Shown in pieces: positions 1 through 8,970 of a DNA stretch of 64,000 bases. A program made the position numbers and the translations under genes. Under the pieces are notes generated by a model. The model was given only the letters and a program-made list of their open reading frames with translations. It was not told the DNA's origin and searched no databases. Positions within the stretch are counted from its first letter, which is position 1. Every line of letters starts with the position of its first letter. The DNA is from an uncultured bacterium (GTDB lineage: Bacteria > Babelota > Babeliae > Babelales > RVW-14): contig CAVXAT010000001.1 of assembly GCA_963759805.1 (NCBI GenBank), forward strand, positions 1-64,000, in the 5' to 3' direction.

Positions 1-493
1 TAGTGTCATAAAAAATTATTGGCAGGCAATCTGCTGTTAAAACTCCGATGCCAATATTTTTTTGATTTGTGATTAAAAAGTCGCCAACAAGACTGAATAA
101 TGTTTTCTGAACTGCTTTTTCAAAAGTCTTTTGCTCGCATCCTTCGACAGGCTCCCAGCCTTCGCTTGGGATAGCTTCCGCCGTCGCATCTGAAATGCTA
201 TGGCGGACACGGTCGGCGGGCACGGCAGGACGATCCTTCGACAGGCTCAGGATGAGCGGATTAAGTAGGCGCGCTCGTGGTGAGCTTGTCGAACCATCAC
301 CCTTGGGTGACGCGCCAGGCTCCGGGAGAAGCCCAATATAAGTTCCGGCAGTACCGTGGACCTGTTCTGAGAAAATTATTTTTTTGAGCTCATGCTTTTG
401 AGCCAGTTTATTACAAAACCCCTCGAACTCTTTTGATTTATGACTGACGGTGCAATTACTTTTGTCCCCGAAAAATATTGTGAAATTAAACAT
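1..493 (-). CDS. pgeF: PgeF/YfiH (laccase-domain, purine nucleoside phosphorylase-like) protein, 5' part, running off the window; contains an in-frame palindromic-repeat insertion
   Basis: Hand translation from ATG 493 is stop-free to the window edge: MFNFTIFFGD...EQVHGTAG...GDFLITNQKNIGIGVLTADCLPIIFYDT. QVHG and TADCLP are YfiH family motifs. The start overlaps the tsaC stop. Confidence 0.85.
   Translation of the reverse strand, partial: MFNFTIFFGDKSNCTVSHKSKEFEGFCNKLAQKHELKKIIFSEQVHGTAGTYIGLLPEPGASPKGDGSTSSPRARLLNPLILSLSKDRPAVPADRVRHSISDATAEAIPSEGWEPVEGCEQKTFEKAVQKTLFSLVGDFLITNQKNIGIGVLTADCLPIIFYDT
140..300. repeat. Composite of nested palindromic repeats (families A and B) inside pgeF
   Basis: ccttcgacaggctc...caggacga, tccttcgacaggctcaggatgagcg, cgctcgtggtgagcttgtcgaaccatc and ccgccgtcgc...gctatggcgg all recur elsewhere (13286, 22829, 30893, 47599). 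Confidence 0.85.
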
Positions 494-1226
494 CTTTAAT
501 TTTCCCCAAAATTTTTTCTAAGTCTTGTATTGAGTATGCGCCTTCTCGTACGACGCGAACTTGATCTGTTTGCGAAGCATCTAGATGCGAAGCATCCAAA
601 ATTGTTGATGGTTTACCATCCATAGCTATGAGCCCATAGGGCGAAAGCGAAGGATGGCTTTCGGTGCTCTTCTGTTCTTTGTCATCTACCAGATATGCCA
701 CTTGTGATGCGACTTGTTGATCAACAGAATCAATTGTAATTGGGGCAACTTCAAAACTTGTGTTGGCACTTGTTGAGTACAGTCCATTGAAATGTTTTAA
801 TACTGCCAGCAACGGAGTGTAATTTGGGCAACGGATTGCCATCGTTCCTTGCTCTGATTTTAAAAAATTAGGGAGTTCTTTTTTTGCTTTAAAAATAATA
901 GTCAGTGGCCCGGGCCAAAGTTTAGTAACCAATTTTTGGATTTGCGGGTTAGGCTGTTGGGTTTGTTGCTGGATAAGTTTGGTGTTAAATTGTTGCGTGT
1001 CAACGAAGTAATCCAATTTACTTACATCAGAGATCAGGATGATATATGGCTTGTTTTGCCGGCCGCCCTTGATCTTGTTTAGTGACTCAAAGCTTTGTTC
1101 AGTTGTGTTGGCAAGAAATCCCGGAATTGTGTCTGTGGTTGTTATCAAGACTTTGTTGTCTTGCAGGGCTTTTATTATTTTATTTTCTGTGTCCGGATCT
1201 TGCCAGTAAATAACCGGTTTAATCAT
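486..1226 (-). CDS. tsaC: Threonylcarbamoyl-AMP synthase (Sua5/YrdC/TsaC)
   Basis: TDTIPG, KGGRQNKP, LWPGPLT, AIRCP, STSAN, PSTILD and VVREGA motifs. Confidence 0.9.
   Translation of the reverse strand: MIKPVIYWQDPDTENKIIKALQDNKVLITTTDTIPGFLANTTEQSFESLNKIKGGRQNKPYIILISDVSKLDYFVDTQQFNTKLIQQQTQQPNPQIQKLVTKLWPGPLTIIFKAKKELPNFLKSEQGTMAIRCPNYTPLLAVLKHFNGLYSTSANTSFEVAPITIDSVDQQVASQVAYLVDDKEQKSTESHPSLSPYGLIAMDGKPSTILDASHLDASQTDQVRVVREGAYSIQDLEKILGKIKDV
616..657. repeat. 42-bp family A palindrome inserted in frame in tsaC
   Basis: 40/42 identical to 13335-13376. Confidence 0.9.
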
Positions 1227-1414
1227 TTTTTTCTTTCGGGGGTAATACCATTCAAAGTAAGTCTTATGCCCGCATGGTTCGAGCTGTTCTGGTCAAGTAA
1301 AAATGTACAAAAAAAATTAGGCGCGGTTTTTACATTCATTTCATAATCGCAATATTTAAAATTGTAACCAATTGCCTCTATCGCCGGCAGGGCGACTTCA
1401 CCCTACTCTCTTAA

Positions 1415-2251
1415 TTAAACTGGCACAGCACTAACGCTCATTTCATAACGTGCCTCATAATCAACGGGGCTCATGTAATTCAAAGTTGAATGCAGCCGTT
1501 GAGTATTGTAAAACATTTCAATAAAGTCGATTACATCGGACTTAGCCTCAGCTCGAGTTGCATAATTTTTGCCATCGGTTCGCTCTGATTTTAAGGTTCC
1601 AAAAAATCTCTCCATCACAGCATTGTCCCAGCAATTACCTTTTCTGCTCATACTAACAACAGCTTCAGCTCGTTGTAATATTTGTTGATACTGTTGCGAA
1701 GCATACTGAATCCCACGATCAGAATGGTGTAGAATTCCGTTATCTGGCTGGCGACGTATCGTTGCCATGACAAAAGCATTTTCCACAAGGTCTGCACGCA
1801 TGTTATCTGACATTGCCCACCCAACAACACGACGCGAAAAAAGGTCAAGGACAGCGGCAATATACAACCATCCTTCAGCTGTCCATAAATAAGTAATGTC
1901 AGCAACCCATTTGAGGTTAGGGTGTTCAATGTAAAAATTACGATTGAGTAAATTATCTGCAACCATCAATGCATGATCACTTTGGGTTGTCACAGTATAC
2001 CGACGACGTTGTTTGCATGAAATTCCGTTTTGACGCATTAACCGTCGTGCCTTGTATCTTCCAATTTTGTGACCCTGTGCTGATAAAGCCTTTGCCATAC
2101 GTCTGCTTCCGTAACTTCCTCTACTGTTTTTATGTAGCACTTTTAATTCAAACGTCAGTTTTATCTCTCGATCAGTAGTGGATTTATTTTTATTCTGCAA
2201 ATATTGATAATATCCACTTCGTGCCACTTCCATTACCTTACACAGTACCAT
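1415..2251 (-). CDS. IS3 OrfB DDE transposase/integrase core
   Basis: WVADITY, HHSDRGIQY and WDNAVMERFFGTLKSE motifs. The frame stays open upstream to the A7 slippery site at 2326-2332. Confidence 0.95.
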   Translation of the reverse strand: MVLCKVMEVARSGYYQYLQNKNKSTTDREIKLTFELKVLHKNSRGSYGSRRMAKALSAQGHKIGRYKARRLMRQNGISCKQRRRYTVTTQSDHALMVADNLLNRNFYIEHPNLKWVADITYLWTAEGWLYIAAVLDLFSRRVVGWAMSDNMRADLVENAFVMATIRRQPDNGILHHSDRGIQYASQQYQQILQRAEAVVSMSRKGNCWDNAVMERFFGTLKSERTDGKNYATRAEAKSDVIDFIEMFYNTQRLHSTLNYMSPVDYEARYEMSVSAVPV

Positions 2252-2292
2252 TATCGGATAGACCTTCTCTTGCTCATGAATAAATTTGTATC

Positions 2293-2583
2293 TTAAAACT
2301 TTTCGTTGGCAAAGAAGGTCGCCGCTTTTTTTAATATTTCACGCTCCATCTTTAGGCGCTCATTTTCCTTACGTAGGAGCCTAATCTCTTCCTGCTCGGG
2401 CGTTATCGTCGTTATCGTTTTACTAGCTGTTCCATTACCCGCACCTGTTGATTCAGTTATCCATCGATTAACATTTTTACTATTTATCCCAAGCACGGTG
2501 GCAGCCTTGTTTTGACTATATCCTTGCTCTGTGACAAGTTTTACAGCCTCCCTTTTAAATTCCAATGTGTATTTTCTTTTCAT
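2293..2583 (-). CDS. IS3 OrfA (HTH plus leucine zipper)
   Basis: YTLEFKREAV...EIRLLRKENERLKMEREILKKAATFF. Confidence 0.95.
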   Translation of the reverse strand: MKRKYTLEFKREAVKLVTEQGYSQNKAATVLGINSKNVNRWITESTGAGNGTASKTITTITPEQEEIRLLRKENERLKMEREILKKAATFFANEKF

Positions 2584-2831
2584 AGGACACTTTCGTTAAT
2601 GGTTGTTTATCTATCTTACCCCGCCTAACTTTAGTGTCCACTTCTATTAAACCACATCAAGCCGCCTTCGCCAAGGCTTCGACGCCCACGTACGTTTTTT
2701 TTGGCCGCTCGCCCTGAGTGCGCACGCAGTGCGCGTATCGAAGGGTGCGGCCTGCAAAAAACACTCACCACAGCCTGCCCGCCATAGTGATTGTGTTAAA
2801 AGTCAAAACTTTTTTTAAAAATTTTCGAAAA

Positions 2832-3766
2832 TTAAACTTTACATAACTCGCCTCTTTTTAACAGCGAATTGGCAAGAATAATTAGTTTGCGCATAACGGC
2901 AACTATGGCCACTTTGAACGGTTTTTGATTTTTTATCAAGCGATCATAAAAGGCTTTAAGAATTAGGTTATGTTTAATGGTTGTTAATGCGCACATGTAA
3001 ATCTGATTTCTCGGGGTCATCCGTCCTCCCGAATTCTTCTCTTACCCTTGAATTTACCGCTTTCATTGTCATATGGACACACACCAACAAGAGCCGATAT
3101 TTTATTGTTACTTATTGTTCCAAGCTCTGGAACATGTGATAAAAGAAGAGCTGCAGAGGCAATTCCAATTCCAGGTATAGATTCTAAAATCTCAGCTTTT
3201 TGACCAAGTTCGCTATCGTTTTTGAGTAAGCCAGATATTTGCGTATCTACCGTCTTGATTTCTGCGGTAAAAATTTTAATCAAACGTTTAATGCTCGGTA
3301 AACTCATTGCATGTGAAGGTTGCTTTAATCTTGTTTTTTCCGCAGCCAAAAACTTGGTAAGATCGTTTTTACGATTAACGAGAGCTTGCAATTTGGCTTG
3401 ATTCTCAGTTTTTTCAACCGTCGAATAGCCACGCGTATTTTTAGAACAAAATTCAGCAATTTTTCGTGCATCAATTTTATCGTTTTTGCTTTTGCATCCA
3501 GTTGAAACAATAAAACCCCTTATTCGCCTCGGATCAATAATCCAAAGGTTGTAGCCATTCTTTTTTAGCAGCGTTGCAAGCAGCTTTTCATATCCTCCTG
3601 TTGCTTCACATGCTATTTGTGCAATATCTTGCTGGGCTATTTTTTTAATGAAACCCTGTATCGCAGCTTCTGTGTTGTCTATTTTTAAGAGTGTTTTTTC
3701 AGGATAAATGCAAATATCTAAGCTGTTTTTAGAAATATCGACGCCTACATATATATTTGATACCAT
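2832..3766 (-). CDS. IS110 DEDD recombinase, frameshifted near 3025 (ORFs 3017-3808 and 2832-3020)
   Basis: GVDISK, ACEATG, KNDKID, SIPGIG, NESG and AIVAVMRKL motifs. One extra G in cgggagga restores RIRGGRMTPR. Likely start is ATG 3766. Confidence 0.9.
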
Positions 3767-3771
3767 AACGA

Positions 3772-3915
3772 TTACCTCTGGCTTGTAAACATGCGAGATC
3801 GTACCCAATACGTCTCAAGTGATTGTTCGAGGTTGTTTAATGTAAGTTGATAGTCTCAAACTATGGCACGATCCCTTATGATCAGCTCGAGCACGAGATC
3901 TATCAACTTCCTTGA
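3772..3915 (-). ncRNA. Putative IS110 bridge RNA with target- and donor-binding loops
   Basis: Two stem-enclosed internal loops. Guides acaatcact and tacaag match the circle junction, and gccatag matches the right half of the target. Ends are approximate. Confidence 0.8.
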
Positions 3916-4103
3916 ACAATCGATATTAAAAAAAATAACTCTGGAATAAAGTTAATAAAATTCTTATTTATTTAATAGATTTCTAACATACAAGCCATGA
4001 GCGAAGCGAAGGCGACGGCTGGGAGCGGGCAAGTTTGGGTACTTTAATTACGCAGAATGGTATAAAACATATACAACTCAATTTACCAGAAAAATTAGAA
4101 ATA

Positions 4104-4136
4104 AAAAACGGAGCCGTTTGTTTCGGCCCCGTTTCT
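4104..4136 (-). terminator. Probable intrinsic terminator
   Basis: aaacggagccg/cggccccgttt hairpin followed by a T-run on the minus strand, downstream of the 4173 ORF. Confidence 0.55.
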
Positions 4137-4172
4137 ATTGATATCTATTGCTATTTTTGAATACTTGGTTGT

Positions 4173-5849
4173 TTAATCAGCAGTTGCTGCAACTGCTGCA
4201 GATGTTGTGGCGTCCGAAGTTGTTGCACTGATTGTAGAGCCTGTGCTACCTTTAACAAGCGATTTCACTTTACCTATAACAGTGCCAACGGCTTTGTCCA
4301 CGCCCGTGACTTGAGTGCTGCCCAAAAGGTTTTCCACCGAAAGTCCCAACTCCTTGCTGAATGGGGCATAAACTTTGGAGATAAGGTTCTTAATATTAGA
4401 TGGGTCTGCAGCGTTAAGATCTTTTATATTGGCAACCAAAAACTCAGCAGGGGTGAGTGATGTTCCGTCGTCCCAGGTTAATGGATAGAATGGTGCAAAC
4501 GTCTTACGGAATTTAAGAAGAGCGTCGGCTGCAGCGCCGCTAGCTGTTTTTACGCCACTAATGGCCTTTTCGTATGCATCTTTAGCACTTCCCATATCTT
4601 TTGATACCACAACCTCTTTTGCAGCCTTTGCTGCATCTATTATTTTTTTAATCCCTAGTATTGCATCTTTTAAGCTACCTGATGCAGCCTCAATTGCTGA
4701 GGATGGTTTTTCAATTAAAGCATTAAGATCTATCTTAGGGCTAACTGTATATGAAGTTCCATCCAAACGGCGCAATGTTACTTGCCCATCAGCATTTTGC
4801 AGCTCTTGCGCAGCGCGTACTGTATCTTGTAAACCTCTGTAAAAAATGGCTTGCAACATATTTTTGGTAGCTCTGGTTCCGGGTGTGAGCGGTGATTCAA
4901 CATACTTACCATCGTTTTTGAATTTTTTGTAATAGATCTGATAAAAGTTATTGTAAAATATTTTAATTGCGTCAAGAAGTGGCCCTTCCATCATCTCTGA
5001 TTGCTGCATGTCCATAAAGGCTGTTTTTTGTTGATCAAGTGCCGTATCGCTATCATCTGTCAAAGCTTTATACACCTTAACGTTTTTATCATTTAAAACT
5101 TCGACAATTGTCTGATACTGTTGAAGGTACGAATTCAATGCATCCGGTGTTACATCTTCATTTTTTGAAAGAACAAAACGAGAGTACAGTTTTGTTGCCT
5201 CATCAAGCATATACTCAATTCTTGCAAAATCATCATTTGGATACTCTTTGGATGCAGTGTTGTACAACTGTATGAGTTTGACTGTAAATATCAACGAGGC
5301 CGTTGGGTTTAACACCAAAGTGAGTGCATCTTTCGCAGGCCCCTCATCCATTTTTCCTAAAATGTCGGCAGGGGTTAATGCAAAACCGCGCAGATCTTCA
5401 GGCGAGAGAGTGATTATAACCGGTATAAGTGGTAGGCCTAAATCGTTCTGCTCCATGTCCCATCTGATGCTTACTGCGACTTCATTCCCGTCGATTTCTA
5501 CCGTTCCTGCTTCGAATTGAACGGACTTGGCTGTGTAATCAGCATTTTCTTCCAACATCTTTTTTAGATCTTGATCAAAATTTGTGAATAGAGCTACAAC
5601 ATCTCCCAATGTTTTGGCATAATCCGGATCATCCGGATCAGCTTTTGGAGCTGGCGTATTACCTGATGAGTTATCGCCGTCCGGATTATCTCCACCGATT
5701 CCCCAATCCTTTTTGAAATCATTTACAAATTCTGCTGCGGCTTTGCTTACTTGTGATACACTCAATCCGATAAGGCTTGCGAGGACGAGCCCTCCTCCTG
5801 AAAATACTCCAGGGAGACCGACATCCAATCTTTTCTTTTCAAACTCCAT
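4173..5849 (-). CDS. Hypothetical helical protein, possibly the C-terminal part of one frameshifted gene with 5762-6574
   Basis: 558-aa ORF with a hydrophobic segment near the N-terminus. It overlaps the upstream ORF at A-runs. Confidence 0.6.
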   Translation of the reverse strand: MEFEKKRLDVGLPGVFSGGGLVLASLIGLSVSQVSKAAAEFVNDFKKDWGIGGDNPDGDNSSGNTPAPKADPDDPDYAKTLGDVVALFTNFDQDLKKMLEENADYTAKSVQFEAGTVEIDGNEVAVSIRWDMEQNDLGLPLIPVIITLSPEDLRGFALTPADILGKMDEGPAKDALTLVLNPTASLIFTVKLIQLYNTASKEYPNDDFARIEYMLDEATKLYSRFVLSKNEDVTPDALNSYLQQYQTIVEVLNDKNVKVYKALTDDSDTALDQQKTAFMDMQQSEMMEGPLLDAIKIFYNNFYQIYYKKFKNDGKYVESPLTPGTRATKNMLQAIFYRGLQDTVRAAQELQNADGQVTLRRLDGTSYTVSPKIDLNALIEKPSSAIEAASGSLKDAILGIKKIIDAAKAAKEVVVSKDMGSAKDAYEKAISGVKTASGAAADALLKFRKTFAPFYPLTWDDGTSLTPAEFLVANIKDLNAADPSNIKNLISKVYAPFSKELGLSVENLLGSTQVTGVDKAVGTVIGKVKSLVKGSTGSTISATTSDATTSAAVAATAD

Positions 5850-6574
5850 TCTTTTTTGGTTTTTCCTGCTTTTCCATTATCTGCTTCCGTACCTTCGGCT
5901 ACGGGCTTTTCTTCTTCGCCAGGTTTTGCTGTCTTTGCGGCTAGTTTTTCTGAAGTTTTTTCTTTGGTTGGGGTGGCCGCTTTTTCTTCGGTTAGAGATT
6001 CTCCAGCTTGTAATTTCTTGAGCTTAGCGTTCCCTTCTTCTATTGCTGCATTTTTCTCCTCTATTGTTTTTTGTTGTTTGCCCACTTCTTCTTGATGCTC
6101 GGCTATGCTTTTTTTTGCATCCTCTGCCGCGGTTTTAAGCTCTATAGCCTTCGTTAGAGCCTCTTTTTCTGGGGTGCCTTCTCTGTACCCTTTGGATAAC
6201 TCTTTTAGTTTATCGACTGATTCTGCCTTATCTATTTGTGTGTGGAGTTCCTCCTTTATAGTACCTTTTGTCTTTACTTCTTCTAGATGTTTTTTTAGGC
6301 CTTCCTCAGCAGCTGTTTGCTTCGTTGCAGCCTCCCCAAGTTTTTTAGCTGCTTCTGTTTGTTTTGCTGTTGCTTCTTGCTTAACTGCTTCATGCATTGC
6401 AATTTCTTCATGTATTGCAGGTTCATGTATTGCAGGTTCTCGTACAATATGCTCTTTTATTACAGGTTCTCGTACAATATGCTCTTTCATGCCCCAGAGC
6501 TTTCCCATTCCGCCGGCTAATAACATTGCTAGCAGTATGGGCATTGCGATTTTGTGCAAATAAGTTTTTTCCAT
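5762..6574 (-). CDS. Secreted coiled-coil hypothetical protein with short tandem repeats
   Basis: Signal-like N-terminus, KEHIVREP x2, PAIHE repeats, E/K/A-rich. Confidence 0.65.
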   Translation of the reverse strand: MEKTYLHKIAMPILLAMLLAGGMGKLWGMKEHIVREPVIKEHIVREPAIHEPAIHEEIAMHEAVKQEATAKQTEAAKKLGEAATKQTAAEEGLKKHLEEVKTKGTIKEELHTQIDKAESVDKLKELSKGYREGTPEKEALTKAIELKTAAEDAKKSIAEHQEEVGKQQKTIEEKNAAIEEGNAKLKKLQAGESLTEEKAATPTKEKTSEKLAAKTAKPGEEEKPVAEGTEADNGKAGKTKKEWSLKRKDWMSVSLEYFQEEGSSSQALSD

Positions 6575-6837
6575 TGATTTCGTTCCTTTCCTTACTAGTT
6601 ATCGAGTTACCAAACTACTTAGTAACGTTTGTATCAGGCTTGGGGGGTGCCGGTCAATAGAGTAAATAAAATTTTTGGGAAACGGGTGAAATTCCCCGAT
6701 CCTTGTTTGCTATTTTAGTTAAATCGGTCTTATGAAAATTGCTTTTTTCTGCATTGACAAAATCGCAAAGGTAAGTGATCATTATTCTTCCATTTTTATT
6801 ATGTGTTATTTATGTTAAAGCATCAAGAAAGGATGTT

Positions 6838-8898
6838 ATGGCAAGGTACGGGTTGCGCACGGTGATTGCGCTTGTTGCAGTGGGGAGTTGCTTGAGTTTA
6901 TTTGCGGATAAAGTTGTAGATCCGTCTTTGAAAGATTCGCCTTTGAAGGCTGACTTACAGAAACAGACTGAGTTAGCAAGTGCTATGGCAGGTACGAAGC
7001 CTAAGATCTCTATAAAAAAGGGGGATTATGAGCTAACTCTTGATGGTTCGATCAAAATAGAAAATTACTTTGATGCCAATTCATACATGCTTAATAATAA
7101 AATTCCGGATCAGAACGAATATTTTAAAGAGACGATAGATCTGAATTTTGATTTTGCATATGGTGAAGAAAAGTTTGGGTATGACGCAGTAGAAGCGTAT
7201 CTTGGGCTTAGACACAAAGGTATTTGGGGCAGGGGCTTGTCATTTGCCGACAGAGATTCAGGATCATCCTCACCTGCAAGAATTAAGCTGGATGAAACCC
7301 TGTTCGGTGGGCACAGTCACTACACGTCAAGAGCTGTTTTATGGTTTAGAGAAGCATGGATTAAATTTGCATTAAATCCTGTGTTTGGGGCAAAAGGACA
7401 TAATTATCTACAGAATTTGGAACTTGGTTGGTTTCCATTTCAGTTGGGACGAGGAATTGCGCTTGGCAGTGGATTTGGATATAACGAATTCTTTTTAGGA
7501 ATTTATTCATATCCAGCTGAAGATAAAGCAGCCCCTGGTATTGATCTTTTTGGTGAGGTGGTCAAGGATACCCTGTGGTACGATTTGTACTATGCAAGAT
7601 TTGAAGAGAGAGGCAAGACTCTTTCTGATACAACTAATCCTATTAAGTATAATTACATGGGTAGAAAAGATTCTCCATGGAGAGGTATTGCAAAAAATAA
7701 TGATCTTATTGCTGCAAGATTAAAGTGGGTGGCTTTGAGCAATGACAAGTTTGGCAAGTTAGAAATTGAACCGTACGTTTCATGTGATTTTGCATCAGAC
7801 CAGTGGGTTGAAGTTTATCCTGACACAAATACGACATTGGGTGCTTATGGATTGGGTTTTGAACATACATATCAAGATCTTGAGTGGGGCAGCGAGGTAG
7901 CATTTAACTTTGGCTCAGAAAGGTTGCAATCTATTGACAGAAACGTGTCTAAGATTACACGGGATTCTGGTGGCTATTTGTACGAATACTACACAAATAT
8001 AATTGATGTGAATGCGGGAGCTGCAGGAGAACCTGCTAGGGTAAATGATATTAGTAAAAAAGCATACTCTGTCGATTTTGGACCGGGAACCGGAAATAAA
8101 AATGGTGGTTATATTCCAGGTTATGAGCCAAAACCGACGCCGGGGTCTGTGTACAGAAATACAGGGGGAAAAGAACATCCACTTGAGAAAGATCGCTTTC
8201 GATATGCTTACAGAAATGAGTTCCGTGGCTTTATGGCTGTGTTGGATGGGGCATACAATTTTAGAAAATTGAATCTCAAGGTGGCTCTTTCTATGGGCTA
8301 TGCTTCCGGTGATGTTGATCCACACAGAGAACAGCAGAACAAGAAATATCACGGGTTTGTTGGCTTGCATGAAGGTTATTATGGAAAACGTGTTCCAAGC
8401 ATATTTATTTTAGATCAACGGTTTCTGCTACGTCCTCTTGCGCTATCTTATCCACAAACGTTAATTGATGCCGAGACGGATTTATCTTTTACAAATATCC
8501 AGATGTATGGAGCTGGTTTAACATGGGAACCATCATATGGTGAAAATAAAAAGGTTTCTATCAATCCTAATGTTATTGGATTTTTGACGACAAAAAGTTC
8601 CCATAAGATTGATTATAAAAACAACGAGGCTTTTGTGTCTCCTAACAGGGCTCGAGATTACATGGGTACGGAATTGAATCTTGTTATTAAGAGTGAGATT
8701 TTAAAAGATCTGACGTTGTTTGGGAAGTTTGCGGCGTTTTTCCCAGGCGGATATTTTGAAGATATAAAAGGTATTCCACTCGATGAGGATTATTTTAGAA
8801 GTCTTGCACTCCCTGTTGAACATTATAATCCAAGAGAGTATCGATTGGGTTCAGACACTGCTTATCACATGAATATTGGATTCGAATTTAAGTTCTAA
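6838..8898 (+). CDS. Outer-membrane beta-barrel protein (porin/alginate-export-like)
   Basis: Signal peptide after MARYG, aromatic alternating strands, C-terminal IGFEFKF barrel signature. Confidence 0.65.
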   Translation: MARYGLRTVIALVAVGSCLSLFADKVVDPSLKDSPLKADLQKQTELASAMAGTKPKISIKKGDYELTLDGSIKIENYFDANSYMLNNKIPDQNEYFKETIDLNFDFAYGEEKFGYDAVEAYLGLRHKGIWGRGLSFADRDSGSSSPARIKLDETLFGGHSHYTSRAVLWFREAWIKFALNPVFGAKGHNYLQNLELGWFPFQLGRGIALGSGFGYNEFFLGIYSYPAEDKAAPGIDLFGEVVKDTLWYDLYYARFEERGKTLSDTTNPIKYNYMGRKDSPWRGIAKNNDLIAARLKWVALSNDKFGKLEIEPYVSCDFASDQWVEVYPDTNTTLGAYGLGFEHTYQDLEWGSEVAFNFGSERLQSIDRNVSKITRDSGGYLYEYYTNIIDVNAGAAGEPARVNDISKKAYSVDFGPGTGNKNGGYIPGYEPKPTPGSVYRNTGGKEHPLEKDRFRYAYRNEFRGFMAVLDGAYNFRKLNLKVALSMGYASGDVDPHREQQNKKYHGFVGLHEGYYGKRVPSIFILDQRFLLRPLALSYPQTLIDAETDLSFTNIQMYGAGLTWEPSYGENKKVSINPNVIGFLTTKSSHKIDYKNNEAFVSPNRARDYMGTELNLVIKSEILKDLTLFGKFAAFFPGGYFEDIKGIPLDEDYFRSLALPVEHYNPREYRLGSDTAYHMNIGFEFKF

Positions 8899-8908
8899 GA
8901 AATTTAAT

Positions 8909-8964
8909 ACAAGAAACAATAGCGGGTGTAGCTGCAAACGGCTACATCCGCTATTGTTTCTTGT
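8909..8964. terminator. Bidirectional terminator-like hairpin with a 24-bp stem
   Basis: acaagaaacaatagcgggtgtagc / gctacatccgctattgtttcttgt between convergent genes. Confidence 0.7.
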
Positions 8965-8970
8965 TATGTG

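Larger units (their letters stand above)
1402..2659 (-). mobile_element. IS3-family insertion sequence
   Basis: orfA and orfB are joined by a -1 frameshift. IRL tgatgtggtttaatagaagtggacac starts at 2659. The IRR near 1402-1427 is degenerate, so that boundary is approximate. Confidence 0.85.
2786..3994 (-). mobile_element. IS110-family element (IS621-like) inserted in a family A palindrome
   Basis: A CT core (ag on the + strand) lies at 2786-2787 and 3993-3994. The flanks rejoin into cctgcccgccatagcc...gcgacggctggg, like the intact copy at 22829. Confidence 0.9.

Noticed and set aside
3767..3808. Upstream TTG start for the IS110 recombinase
   Set aside because: It lies inside the donor-binding loop of the bridge RNA. 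ATG 3766 has a gaggt SD and fits the family N-terminus.
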